A stretch of DNA of 63,856 nt, filler included, from Octopus bimaculoides (lineage: Eukaryota): assembly GCF_001194135.2 (NCBI RefSeq). It is 7 parts of 6 records of this genome, joined end to end, with 100 filler letters (N's around TTAATTAATTAA, not from the genome) between each part and the next. Parts side by side here need not be neighbours in the genome. Positions count along the whole stretch, not along the records: positions 22,333 to 24,389 come from NC_068995.1; positions 24,490 to 43,201 come from NC_068986.1; 5 more parts are not named here. One strand, 5' to 3'. A program made the position numbers and the translations under genes. Below are positions 24,340 through 36,432 of this stretch, in pieces. The notes under the pieces were generated by a model. The model was given only the letters and a program-made list of their open reading frames with translations, ran no database searches and was not told where the DNA came from. Within the stretch, counting starts at the first letter, position 1. The number at the start of each line of letters is the position of its first letter.

Positions 24340-24389
<50 letters not shown>

Positions 24390-24489
24390 NNNNNNNNNNN
24401 NNNNNNNNNNNNNNNNNNNNNNNNNNNNNNNNNTTAATTAATTAANNNNNNNNNNNNNNNNNNNNNNNNNNNNNNNNNNNNNNNNNNNN

Positions 24490-24536
<47 letters not shown>

Positions 24537-24678
24537 ATTTCCACTGCCCAACAATAAGTTTCATGAGCTTTGAAACTTTAAGTAGCACAGAATTTGAATC
24601 AAACTGTTTTGATCCATATATATGTACAGATATATGATACACACATATATATGTATGTGCCATTTACATAGACAGAAC

Positions 24679-24787
<109 letters not shown>

Positions 24788-24971
24788 AGCACAGGTGACT
24801 GGATAAGGAGCTTGCCTGCCAACCATGTTGTCTCGGGTTCAGTTCTACTGCATTGCACCTTAGGTAAGAGTNNNNNNNNNNNNNNNNNNNNNNNNNNNNN
24901 NNNNNNNNNNNNNNNNNNNNNNNNNNNNNNNNNNNNNNNNNNNNNNNNNNNNNNNNNNNNNNNNNNNNNNN

Positions 24972-25014
<43 letters not shown>

Positions 25015-25049
25015 TTGATTAACAAGAGAGACGGAAGATACAAAAATGT

Positions 25050-25112
25050 TTATAAATTGCTACAACTGTTTCAAGCCATCTAGCAGCAATCCCTCACAGG
25101 TGGGATACTTTA
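25050..25112 (-). ncRNA. 3-prime half of a long-stem-II hammerhead-like motif
   Basis: Minus: ATCCC ACCTGTGA GGGAT...GAAAC AGTT GT A GCAATT. The 5-prime catalytic strand is missing. Confidence 0.4.
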
Positions 25113-25225
25113 ATACTGTTGATGAAATGCTTAGTTTGTATATTTATAACATGAAAATTCCATCCAATTTAATACTTTCTTTGTTGTACTGTGTATTCGT
25201 TTCTTTTAGTATCTGTCATTTATTA

Positions 25226-27553
25226 CACTGGACATCAAAGATTTTGCTACTGGGTAAAAGCACATGTCATAGACTAAATCATGGATACTGATTCCAAATC
25301 TGCACTCATAATTGTTCTAGCACATCAGGATTTTGAGTTATGCACATGTGCAAGATTATAACTACACTTTCGGCTAGATTGCTAAATTGAAAGTGGTCAT
25401 AATTCAAAATTAAAGAAATAACAACAATAAAACAAATGATGGGAAAGTTCATTATTTAGTTTAGCAATAGACGGTGGTGACATAGTGTGTGCAAGTGTCA
25501 AACACATTAGTTTGTTCTTGGTAAGTCTCAGTGTCATTTACGCTGCCATCATGGGTGGCATATGTATCTCTTGCCCTGCATGATTGCTGTTTTAACTGTG
25601 TTCATTGTGTTGGATCATGAACAGGAGAGGCTCTGTGAATCAACTGGCCAACTTTCATTATAACTGTGGAGAATTTTCTCCACATGACCAGCAGAACATT
25701 GCCACCAAATTAAAAACTGCCTCTAAAGATTATTTCAGGTGTAAAGTTGGGGACCAAGCAAGAGGTAAGCACCTCATATATGCTGCACTGTGCATTACTC
25801 AGGGCTTATACAGTGGCTGAATGGAAAATGGAAGGGAATGCCTTTTGCTGTAACAATGATATGGCAACCAATCATGTCTCTGATTGTTACTTTTTCATGA
25901 CTAATAGTGGTTTTTCAAAGAAAACCAAAGCAAAAATTGCGTATGCAGATTGTAAGTCAGCTCTAAAACCAGTCCCACATTATTTCAAAAACCCTGTCTC
26001 AGTTCCCCTCTTACATGATTCACTTGAAGACCTTGACACGTCGCATGATGAACCCCCTGATTCTCCTATCGACAAAGAGTATGTAATAGATTCTAAGAAA
26101 AATGAGCCACGCTTGTTTAATCAAGAAGATTTGAATGATTTAGTAAGAGACCTAGCATTGTTAAAGGAGAAAGCAGAAGTTTTGAGATCCAGACTACAGC
26201 AATGGTATCGCCTACAGCAAGGTACAAAAATTTCCATTTTCCAATCTTGCCATGAAGGCTGATATGTCTTTTTTAAGCAAGAAAATAAAGCTTGTTTCTA
26301 CACTGACATTAATGCACTCATACAAAAACTAGGACACGTGCATGTAGCTAACGAATGGCGATTGTTTATAGACCCAAGTAAGGTTAGCCTCAAAGGTGTG
26401 TTGTTACATAATGATAATAAAAATCCTGCCATTCCTGTGGGTCCTGTTGTCAGTATGGAAGAAACTTATGAATCGATGGAACTCACTCTGAAAGGAGTTA
26501 ATTACTCAGTTCCCAGGGTGGAATATCTGTGGTCATTTAAAGGTGATTTTCCTCCTCCTAGGACTACAGCTGGGATATACTAAGAATATGTGCTTCATGT
26601 GTTTGGAACAGCCATGACGAAAGCAATCATTACACTCTAAAAGAGATGAGCAGATAGTTGATACAATGTGCAGCATATGCCACTAGTAGACCTGCAAAAG
26701 ATCTTCCTTTTACCCTTTCACGAAAAACTCGGTTTCATGAAAAACTTTGTAAAAGCAATGACACACAATGGTTGTGGCTTCCAGTACCTAAAAGTAAAAT
26801 TTGGTGCAGAGAAAAGTGATGCAAAACTGAAAGCAGTCATTTTCATTGATGTCTGATACCAAATTCAACTGAATCCAGTTGAGCTGACAGACTGGGATTC
26901 ATTCATGTTAGTTGTACAGAACTTTCTTGGAAATCATAGAGCTAAAAACTATGCTGATTTAATAAACAACATGCTAACGGTACATGAAAGAATGGGATGC
27001 CGAATGTCCCTTAAAATACACTTCTTGCATTCTCACCTTGATTTTTTTCCAACGAATCTTGGTGTCGTTAGTGATGAGCATGGGGAGAAGTTCCACCAGG
27101 ACATATCTGAGATGGAAATGAGGTATTAAGGCCGGTTCAATCCACACATGATGGGTGACTACTGCTGGTTCCTACAAGAGGAGACCAGCACAACGCATAA
27201 GCACAAGAGCAAGTGTCTCAAACATTTCTGAGCTGAGCATATCAAAAATAAAGTGAGTATTCCCTTAACATAAATATACTATGTACCATTATATTGTAAT
27301 ACTATCTACCTTGAACATAAATATACTATATACAGTACTAATATACTATTATGATAATTATTTACCGTGAACTTAACTATTCCTGATACTAATATAGTAT
27401 CAATATATAATTATGTACATAACTCAAAATCCTGATGTGCTACAGCAATTCTGAGTTCAGATTCGGAATCAGCGTACTCGATTTAGTCTAGTACAGCACC
27501 ATATATCCAGGTAGCAGGCAATAATTTTTTTTTTTTCTTTTTGTTGTCCAGTG
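25226..27553 (+). mobile_element. Full-length inactive Chapaev3-like (CMC/Transib-related) DNA transposon
   Basis: Termini CACTGGACA...TTGTCCAGTG (5-prime CAC, 3-prime GTG); roughly 120 bp imperfect TIRs (TAGACTAAATC, CTGATTCC.AATCTG.ACTCA.AATTG..TAGCACATCAGGATTTTGAGTTATG at both ends); left flank TTA, right flank not matching. Family assignment from remembered transposase motifs. Confidence 0.8.
25617..27231 (+). pseudogene. Disrupted Chapaev3-type transposase
   Basis: Fragments MNRRGSVNQLANFHYNCGEF, NHVSDCYF, LFNQEDLNDLVRDLAL.KEKAEVL.SRLQQW, WRLFID.SKVSLK.VLLHN, KLGFMKNFVKAM, MSLKIHFLHSHLDFFPTNLGVVSDEHGEKFHQDISEMEMRY, joined by several frameshifts and stops. Confidence 0.9.
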
Positions 27554-27659
27554 GATCTTCTATAAAAATGTAACTGTATCCCTCAATTTGCTGCTTTTCT
27601 AAACACAAACCGAGAAGATATCTTGCGGAACAGTTATTATTTTAATGAGATACATCTTG

Positions 27660-27769
27660 TAATCACCTGAAGAGACATATTTACACTGACAGATAATCCT
27701 AAACCATTTGTTAAGTATCCCACCCATGAGGGATAAATGATAGACAGTTCAAAACAACTATAGTGATTA
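27660..27769 (+). ncRNA. Degenerate type I hammerhead-like motif with long stem II
   Basis: Stem I TAATCAC/GTGATTA (7 bp perfect), intact CTGAAGA core, internal hairpin TATCCC-ACCCATGA-GGGATA; GAAA mutated to AAAA and stem III damaged. Confidence 0.5.
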
Positions 27770-28019
27770 ATAAACATTCNNNNNNNNNNNNNNNNNNNNN
27801 NNNNNNNNNNNNNNNNNNNNNNNNNNNNNNNNNNNNNNNNNNNNNNNNNNNNNNNNNNNNNNNNNNNNNNNNNNNNNTATATATGTGTGTGTGTGTGTGT
27901 ATATATGAGTCGATCAAGGATCAACCAACACACTGAGTGTAGCTCCTCTTTTATCAAATTCTTCCCCTGAAGAAATACCCAATTTACCGATTTTCAATAC
28001 GAAAATTTAAATTAATTTA

Positions 28020-28260
28020 ATTCATCATCATTATCATCATCGTTTAACATCTGCTTTCCATGCTAGCATGGGTTGGATGATTTGACTGAGGACTGGTGAA
28101 CCAGATAGCTACACCAGGCTCCAATCTGATTTAGCAGAGTTTCTACAGCCGGATGCCCTTCCTAACGCCAACCACTCCAAGAGTGTAGTGGGTGCTTTCA
28201 TGTGCCACCGGCACAAAGGCAGTCAGGCGGTATTGGCAACGGCCACACTCAAAATGGTTC
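28020..28260 (-). mobile_element. Family E SINE/LINE-tail copy with (CAT)n tail
   Basis: CGTTTAAC.TC.GCTTTCCATGCTAGCATGGGTTGGA...GGATGCCCTTCCTAACGCCAACCACT. Confidence 0.8.
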
Positions 28261-28391
28261 CTCAAATTGAATTAATTGGGCATGGAAACAGCTGTAGGAG
28301 CAAGGAATTTGATAGTGTACAGAATTGACTATGTTCAAATAAATTGATGTCTATGCATCAGTTTCTCCATTTCCTTTTTCTATAACATAAA

Positions 28392-28439
<48 letters not shown>

Positions 28440-29019
28440 AATAATTTTTCTATTTGTTTCAGTCATTGGATTGTAACTACTTTGTATGATGTGTTATTTT
28501 AAATCCAGTACTTATACTATTAAACACATTTTGCCAAACTGCTATGTTGCAGGTATATAAACAAACCAACACTGGCTATCAAGTGGTGATGGGACAAACA
28601 CAAAAACACACATATACACACAATGTGACAGACAGAAACTGAAAGAAGCCCATCATATGTAGATAGAGGTTGTGTCTATTTGTCTTTACATCACACAATT
28701 ATTAACAAGCATCACCGTCATATGAGCAGTGTCCTTTATGTTAAACCTTCTATGAAAATATGTCCAGCCATGGGGAAATATTAGTTTGCTTGGAAACAGG
28801 TGACAGATAGTGACAAGAAGGGCATGTGGCATAGAAAAATTTGCATGGCCATGACCCATGCTAGAATAGAAAAGTGGACATGAAAAAGTGTGTGTGAACA
28901 CAATGGGCTTCCACACAGTTTCTGTCAGCTAAAATCATTCAGAAGACATTGGTTGGCCCAGTGCAATAGCAGGAGACACTTGCCCAAAATGCAAAGCAGA
29001 CCCTGTTCAACACAAATCT

Positions 29020-29805
29020 TTTTTACTTGTTTCAGTCATTAGACTGCGGTAATGTAGGGGCACGGCCTTAAAATATTTTAGCCAAATCAACCCCAGTACT
29101 TGATTTAATTTATGTTTTAAGCTTAGTACTTATTCTTGTGGAGGCGCAATGGCCCAGTGGTTAGGGCAGCAGACTCGCGGTCATAGGATTGCGGTTTCGA
29201 TTCCCAGACCGGGCGTTGTGAGTGTTTATTGAGCGAAAACACCTAAAGCTCCACGAGGCTCCGGCAGGGGATGGTGGCAAACCCTGCTGTACTCTTTCAC
29301 CACAACTTTCTCTCACTCTTATTTCCTGTTTCTGTTGTGCCTGTAATTCAAAGGGTCAGCCTTGTCACACTGTGTCACGCTGAATATCCCCGAGAACTAC
29401 GTTAAGGGTACACGTGTCTGTGGAGTGCTCAGCCAGTTGCATGTTAATTTCACAAGCAGGCTGTTCCGTTGATTGAATCAACTGGAACCCTTGATGTCAT
29501 AAGCGACGGAGTGCCTACAATAATAAGTACTTATTCTATCAGTCTCTCTTTTTCCAAACCGCTAAATTACAGGAACGGAAACACAACAACACTGGTTGTC
29601 AAGTGGTGGTGAGGTACATCTTCACACGCGCACACACACATATATATGTATACACTTTGAGCTCCTTTCAGTTTCTACCAAATCCACTCGCGAGGCTTTG
29701 GTCAGGCTGAAGCTTGAAGACAATTGCCCAAGGTGCCATACAGTGGGACTGAACCAGGAACCATGTAGCTGGGAAGCAAACTTCATACCACACTGCCATG
29801 CCATA
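29020..29805 (-). mobile_element. Family A SINE split by a younger insertion
   Basis: Tail at about 29020-29136; the remainder resumes at 29526 (AGTACTTATTCTATC...AAACCGCTAA) and continues to the head near 29800. Confidence 0.8.
29137..29525 (+). mobile_element. Full-length family C SINE with 12 bp target-site duplication
   Basis: AGTACTTATTCT at 29125-29136 and 29526-29537; tRNA-like A and B boxes in the head. Confidence 0.95.
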
Positions 29806-30195
29806 TTATTGTTTCAAATTTTGGCACACGGGCAGCAATTTTAGTGGAAAAGGGATTAGTCGATACCAATTCTTGACTGGTAGCATATCTTACTGATCCA
29901 GGGGTGGGGGGAAGTGATAGACAAAGTTGATCTCAGAGGTATATGAAATAAAGATGTGATGAGTCAGAGCAAAAACTGCAAAGCTCTTTTTTCCGATGCC
30001 CTAATGACTCTATCACTTCGCCTATAATAAATATTTATATATATATATATACACATGTGAGTTGTCTAACACCCCATTGTAGCACTAGTGCAAAACCAAT
30101 TGATAAGATCAGCCGTGATGGACATATAATACTGTTCACTTCAGATTTTATATATATATAGTATTAATAAAAGAGATGGAAGAAGAAAAAATTTT

Positions 30196-30248
30196 ATTGT
30201 GTACGACAAATGTTTCGACCCATTCTGGGTTTCTTCAGGTACATCAAT
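30196..30248 (-). ncRNA. Minimal type I hammerhead ribozyme, near-canonical
   Basis: Minus: ATTGA TGTAC CTGAAGA A ACCCA GAA TGGGT C GAAA C ATTT GT C GTACA CAAT. Stem I TGTAC/GTACA, CUGANGA and GAAA cores intact, GUC cleavage triplet; only the first stem II pair is A-C. Confidence 0.75.
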
Positions 30249-30715
30249 AAAAAGTTTTATGAGAGATTTTCTGATTCGGTTTTACATATATATATATATA
30301 TTATTGGATAATAAAACGGTTTACACCTGGTAGCTTACTGGTAAAGCACGGTCACTTTCACAGTGATCATTATGTATATGGCAACTGAAAGACGGAAGAT
30401 AGTTAACTCACTTTGTGATTATGAGTGCACCAAACTTCACGTGTGCGTATGCTCACATTTTCACAGACGCTTGTATGAGCAAATGTACTCACACCATGCA
30501 GCTTGCCCATATTTGTTGATGGTTATTTTCAATACATTTTTCGCTGTTTTGCGTGTTCGTTTCACTTATTTTTCCCCATCTGTGATTTTATTTTTATCAT
30601 CTATATAAATGAAGATATTTCCTCTGACTGGCTGTTTTTTTTTTTTTGTTTCTTTCCTCCCCCCCTACAAAACGAAAAGTTACATTGTAGAACTGTTATT
30701 TTAAAGAGTTGTATC

Positions 30716-30831
30716 TATTTATCACCCGATGAGATACATTTGCACTGCCAGATGCTCCTGAACCAGTTGTTGAGTGTCCCACCCATAAGGGATCAATGCT
30801 AGATGTGTCGAAACAATTGTTGTGATTAATA
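30716..30831 (+). ncRNA. Type I hammerhead-like motif with long branched stem II
   Basis: Stem I ATCAC/GTGAT plus TATT/AATA, core CCGATGA, stem II GATACAT/ATGTGTC enclosing about 63 nt, GAAAC AATT GT T. Confidence 0.6.
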
Positions 30832-30867
30832 AATTTTCATATAATCAATCTTCCGTCTTTCATTTGC

Positions 30868-31070
30868 CATCATGATAGATCGCTAGCCACTACACATTCT
30901 TTATTTTCTCTCCCTGTTTCTTTCTGTGTTCCTTTCTGTGGAAAAGCGTAAGCTCGAAACGTTAAAGACTTTTTCACTTCCCGAGCATTAAACTAATACA
31001 TCTGTTTGTTGTCTACACCACCTGTCTTTGTCTTTTGTTTTTTTTTTTGTGAATTCTCCCTATATATATG
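30868..31070 (+). mobile_element. Family H repeat with hammerhead-like motif at 30932-30967
   Basis: Homologous to 11935-12140. Confidence 0.75.
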
Positions 31071-31414
31071 GGCTCCAAAAGGAGTCTCAGGGAGTAGCGT
31101 CCCTGCCTTCTTGAGTTAGTTTTCCTGCGCATTTCATAAAAATCGTGGTAGAGGCCTTGCTCTCAGGACCACTCATGCCTAGAAACTGAGGTTGGGGGTA
31201 AACAAGGGCATGCTCTCCATAGAAAATCCAGCTCCAAAAAAAGCCTCATGATAGCAAGAAAGAATGGGTACCAGCCAGCCCAAAGGTTGGAGTAGGCTGC
31301 ACCTACCTGCCTCAGTTGCTATGACATAGAGCTACATCCAGCCACCCCCGTCAACGGGGACAAATCCCTGATTTAAAATACTGGATGATGATGATAATGA
31401 TGTATTCTCTTCTT

Positions 31415-31725
31415 CTACTTGTTTCAGTCATTTGACTGCGGCCATGCAGGAGAACCGCCTTTAGTCGAACAAATCGGCCCCAGGACTTATTCTTTGTAAG
31501 TCTAGTACTTATTCTGAGTCTCATGTCGAACCGCTAAGTTACGAAGACGTAAACACACCAACATCAGTTGTCAAGCGATGGTAGGGGGGGGGGGACAAAC
31601 ACAGACAGACATATATACGACGGGCTTTTTCCAGTCTCCATCAACCAAATCCACTCACAAGGCTTTGATCGGCTCGAGGCTATAGCAGAAGACACTTGCC
31701 CAAGGTGATAATATGTGTGTGTGTG
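31415..31725 (-). mobile_element. SINE family A (head lost in gap)
   Basis: CTTGTTTCAGTCATTTGACTGCGGCCATG...CAAATCCACTCACAAGGCTTTG...GAAGACACTTGCCCAAGGTG. Confidence 0.9.
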
Positions 31726-31980
31726 TGTNNNNNNNNNNNNNNNNNNNNNNNNNNNNNNNNNNNNNNNNNNNNNNNNNNNNNNNNNNNNNNNNNNNNNNNN
31801 NNNNNNNNNNNNNNNNNNNNNNNNNNNNNNNNNNNNNNNNNNNNNNNNNNNNNNNNNNNNNNNNNNNNNNNNNNNNNNNNNNNNNNNNNNNNNNNNNNNN
31901 NNNNNNNNNNNNNNNNNNNNNNNNNNNNNNNNNNNNNNNNNNNNNNNNNNNNNNNNNNNNNNNNNNNNNNNNNNNNNNNN

Positions 31981-32024
<44 letters not shown>

Positions 32025-33639
32025 GGATCAAAGAAGTATATGTATGTATGCATATTAACTCGATAAATCTTTTCTACGTGCTTTATTAATGCAAATTCCT
32101 AAATACATTCCACTTTTGTGTTAATTTGTTTTTGTTTTTAATAATCAAAACAACCATTTACGTCATCCTGTGTATTTTATACGTGTACTCTAATGAAAAA
32201 CGGGTATCTTCGCATACCTTAAATCGTACCAACGGACTTTACACTGCACGCTCACCAAAACATACATTTCTATTATATTCTATTATATCATATTATACTA
32301 TATATATATATGCACGGCATATATATGATATATACAAACATAAATAAATATCATATTTATACGAAGAGAGTGATGATTTGTTTACAGTTGGACATGTAGG
32401 TCAATGCTTGTTAGAAGTCTGGCGTAGGAGCCACGACAAAGCCGTTTGATATGCCAGAAATAGCAACTAAATCTCTCTCATATACGCATATTTACACACA
32501 CACATGTACTACGTACGTAAGTATGTATGTATGTGCATTTATGCACACACACACACACACACTACTTTAAAAAATATAATATACTGGAAAATGTAGTACT
32601 TCATTACAAAACGATAGGGTGATCATGCTAGAATATCTTTGATGGTAGGCCTAATGAAAGAGAGTAGACCTAGGGTTAAATAACAAACACAACATTGTTA
32701 AAATTCGCGAAGTAACAGACATACAGATCTTTGTATGTCGTTGGCAACATGTAAACAATTGTTAGGTGGAAAGAATATCTCATTTAGACAGGAATGGCTA
32801 CAAAAGAGTTTTTGAAGCCATGTTTTTTTGTTGTTTTTTTTGCGCAGACCACATGGGTTCAAAATGTGTGCAAATATATCTGCATTATCTGTCTTTAAGA
32901 ATTTTATTCTAAATTTTGATATACCAATTTGTGGAAATGCAAAATTTGAACATATGTAGTGAAGAGCACAATACTTAAAGCGTAAAATATGTAACTATGG
33001 TCTTGTTGATGCGAATATCCACTCTATGTGTATTTACGTATGAAAGTCTAAAAAGCAACAATTGCAATGAATAACGAGATTTTAATAAATCCAGAACACG
33101 AATTAATAAAAAAAAAAGAAAACCTGTCAATATGCACACACACACACAAAGAGAATTCTGAGTGTGGTGAAAATTAAAGCCAAAACGACACTTCTTTATG
33201 CAAAAGTAGTTATGAACAAAATTTAAAACACTGAAATAACTACTAGTGACCTAGCTGTTTTTTTAATTAAGGACTGCGTATGTGTTAATCTGCAGATTCA
33301 TATTATTGTATACATCTAGATTTTTTTTTTTATTTATAGCAAGAGTATGTCATGTTACGCAATATTTAAATCGCGAATCATAATTCTCATTTCCCACTGA
33401 CTTTGAACTTATATTTTGTAAGGCATATTAATAAAATAGCTGATCCCATATGTGTACGAATGCAGCAGATCAGAAGAGTTCCCAGAAACTGAGCTAGAAT
33501 GTTATTGTTTTATTAATCTTGTATACTCCATCAAGTATCAGAAGACCATCACCTCACAAAAAACTAACACTGTGCAGTTAAAATCTCCCATCGGATTGCA
33601 ATAAGCTCATTATATGAAAGAAAAAATACAACGACGTAC

Positions 33640-33683
33640 CTTACAAAAATAGTTAATTCCGTTTAGATCCATAGACATCTTTC
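33640..33683 (-). CDS. Candidate 44 nt exon ((G)KMSMDLNGINYFCK)
   Basis: Acceptor CCTTCATTATAG, donor AAG/GTACGT, one open frame (phase 1 in, phase 0 out) containing two ATGs. Confidence 0.4.
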
Positions 33684-35705
33684 CTATAATGAAGGTTACA
33701 AGAGCCCTCACTCTGAGATAACAGAAAAGTATTAGTGGGGGAGGATATGGAAAGAAGAGTGGGTGATAGAGTGGGGTCTAGGCGCACCTGTCCACTTAAC
33801 TGCCGTTACGTTTACTATCATGTACGCTGGTGGAAGACCCATGAGAAGCCATCAATTAAAGCTTGGAGGCGCGGTCATTCTCAATCATATAAACGGAGGA
33901 CTGAACGAAGTGAAACTGCTATATTTAGAAAATACGGAGGGGAACTGGCACTAATGCGTGGGAGAGAGAAAGAGTGGGTGAAGCAAAGAATAAGAAAAAG
34001 AATATTATCTTTTATCTTCTTCAGAAGATAAAGATATTAAACAAATACTGCCAAAATATTTGGAAAGCAACACAAATGCGTAAAGCTGTTATTAATAATA
34101 AGAGTAATGTGGTGGCAAGTGTGTGTTCAATAAAAAAAATTACAATAAAAAATAAACTAAAATGTTCTAACCTCGGCGATTTATCTCTATTTATTTGTCC
34201 TTTGACATTCTTATTATTTTATCTGTACAGCTTTTATTGCAGTGGCTTATATGTTGCAAGCAAGCTGTTGAGATGTAGCATGTTTAATTCATGTAACCTG
34301 TAACACCTGGACAAGTGCATACACGGACACTGAACTATATAAATTGACGCACAACCTCATACATGCATACTTATAAATTCGTATACACATACAAAAATAC
34401 ACACGCAATTTGGACAGTAGCACTCTATAAACTCGGTTATATATTAAGTAGCTGTGCATAGATCCATATATGCACGCAGCCGCTATCAATAATCGTTGCT
34501 TAAAAAATATTCGGCTGTCTCTCTATTTAGAGGATATTTTAGTTCGTTTATCCTTTTTTTTATGTAGGAGTGCAATTATATTTCATCATTTGAATATTGA
34601 AAAGTCTGGGCAATGAAAGTATCTAGATGAGTTACAAAGATATGTGCTTAGTTTGTACATTTATAACATGAAAATTCGGTCTAGATTATAACGTCAAAAT
34701 TCACAGACAAGAGGCCACCACCCTCTGCTCGTTTGGCAAAACATCAAAACGTGACTGACAAGTCACGAAATCGGTTAGGTCACGTGCTGGCAATTACTGA
34801 TACATTTGCCAGGCGTATCTCGGTTCTTTTCATTTTGCTATAATCCAATTGCTCTCTCTTGTAATGAGAAGTATTGGATTGGTGGGTTCGCTGAAGTAAG
34901 AAAGTGATATATAATTACAAGCTACTTTTCAATGTCATCATTTGTACTTTTATTTTCTGTGTTGTGAATTATTGGTTACCTGGAGTTAGGTTGCTCAACA
35001 ACATTTTTTTTTTGTTCTGTTTCGATTTAACCCTGTGCCCCCCATCATAGTTGACATTATTCATTTTATTCAACTATGTACTCTTAATTTTAGCTTTCGA
35101 ATTATTACTACTTCAAGCCAATTATGGAGCTTCTGTGGTCGTTGAACCTGCTAGAAAAAGCAACTAAATTTCCTTCTTAACACATCCTTATTATATTAGA
35201 AAAAGGGGATCATTTTGGATAATGTAGTCCTAAATACAGATTCATGTAATATGGGATGGTCATGGCTGGAATATTTTTTGAGCAAAATGTCAGGTCGATT
35301 AGACTAAAGGTTCAATTACTACCACTGCTAGTAACCACCACGGCCAGTAATAATAATGATGATGATGATACTTAATGACGTAATGTGGCGGGTAACATTT
35401 GCCACCACGGGTAATGTCAAGAAATACTTATAATAGGACTTCTATCAAATTTCTTGATGCTTATACAAAATGATGGAACGAATACTAATTTTCAAACAAA
35501 AATACTTATTACATTCAAATTAAATAAAACAAATTTCTCATTTGTATATTTGTCTAAATTTTATCAACTTAATAATTGCAGTCTACTCAATCGGAAGCCT
35601 ATCTCGGCAAAATTTCATTAAAAAAAGTGTCCATTTTTTTAGTAAGTTATAAAACACTCATCTTGCACCTCCTGTGTTAACTCTCTTTCTCTCTCTCTCT
35701 CTCTT

Positions 35706-35743
<38 letters not shown>

Positions 35744-35926
35744 ATACACACACACCCGTCGAAATGCATACATTCAACAGTCACGCTGTGAGTTGGCTTG
35801 GTGTATTTACACCTGTTTATTTGTCTACAGCGGGAAATTTTCTCCGTGACAAAATACTGTGACTAGCTTTCTTACGGGTTCGAATATGCCTCAAACATAT
35901 TTTAAATGGTAACAAGTTTGTGGTGA

Positions 35927-36432
35927 AATTCTGGTTTGAGCACTCCATATAACCCCTCGTAACTTTTTTTTGCGAATTTATGTTCTACAATCGGGAATTC
36001 ATACGATTGTGCAAAAAACAAAAAAATACACTTTTCGTGTGTGATTTAAGGGTGATTTAGCTGCTAAGAATAGCACATCTCACAAACACCTGATATCTTC
36101 CTCGTTTCTTTTCTCACTCTGACATATCTTAATGCGTTCCAATATTTTTCTCTACATAAACACATTTAATGGAATGATGATGCCCTCCAAGAACGGTCCA
36201 TTGCTGGGATTTATGAAAACAAATTAGGACTGTCCGTATTTTAAACTGATTTTTTTTTAATTCGAAAGAGTAGAACATTTAAAATTTATGGGGAAGGGAG
36301 GAGTTTAAATTTTTTGAAAAATATTTTTTTCATAATTGTATGAATTCTTGTGTGGAGAATACAAAATTTTCTGAAAATTCCAAAAAATAAAATAAATTAT
36401 GTGGGGTAATGTGGGGTGCTTAAACCAGAATT
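35927..36432. mobile_element. Possible MITE bounded by about 30 bp imperfect inverted repeats
   Basis: AATTCTGGTTTGAGCACTCCATATAACCCC versus the reverse complement of GGGGTAATGTGGGGTGCTTAAACCAGAATT; no clear TSD. Confidence 0.45.
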
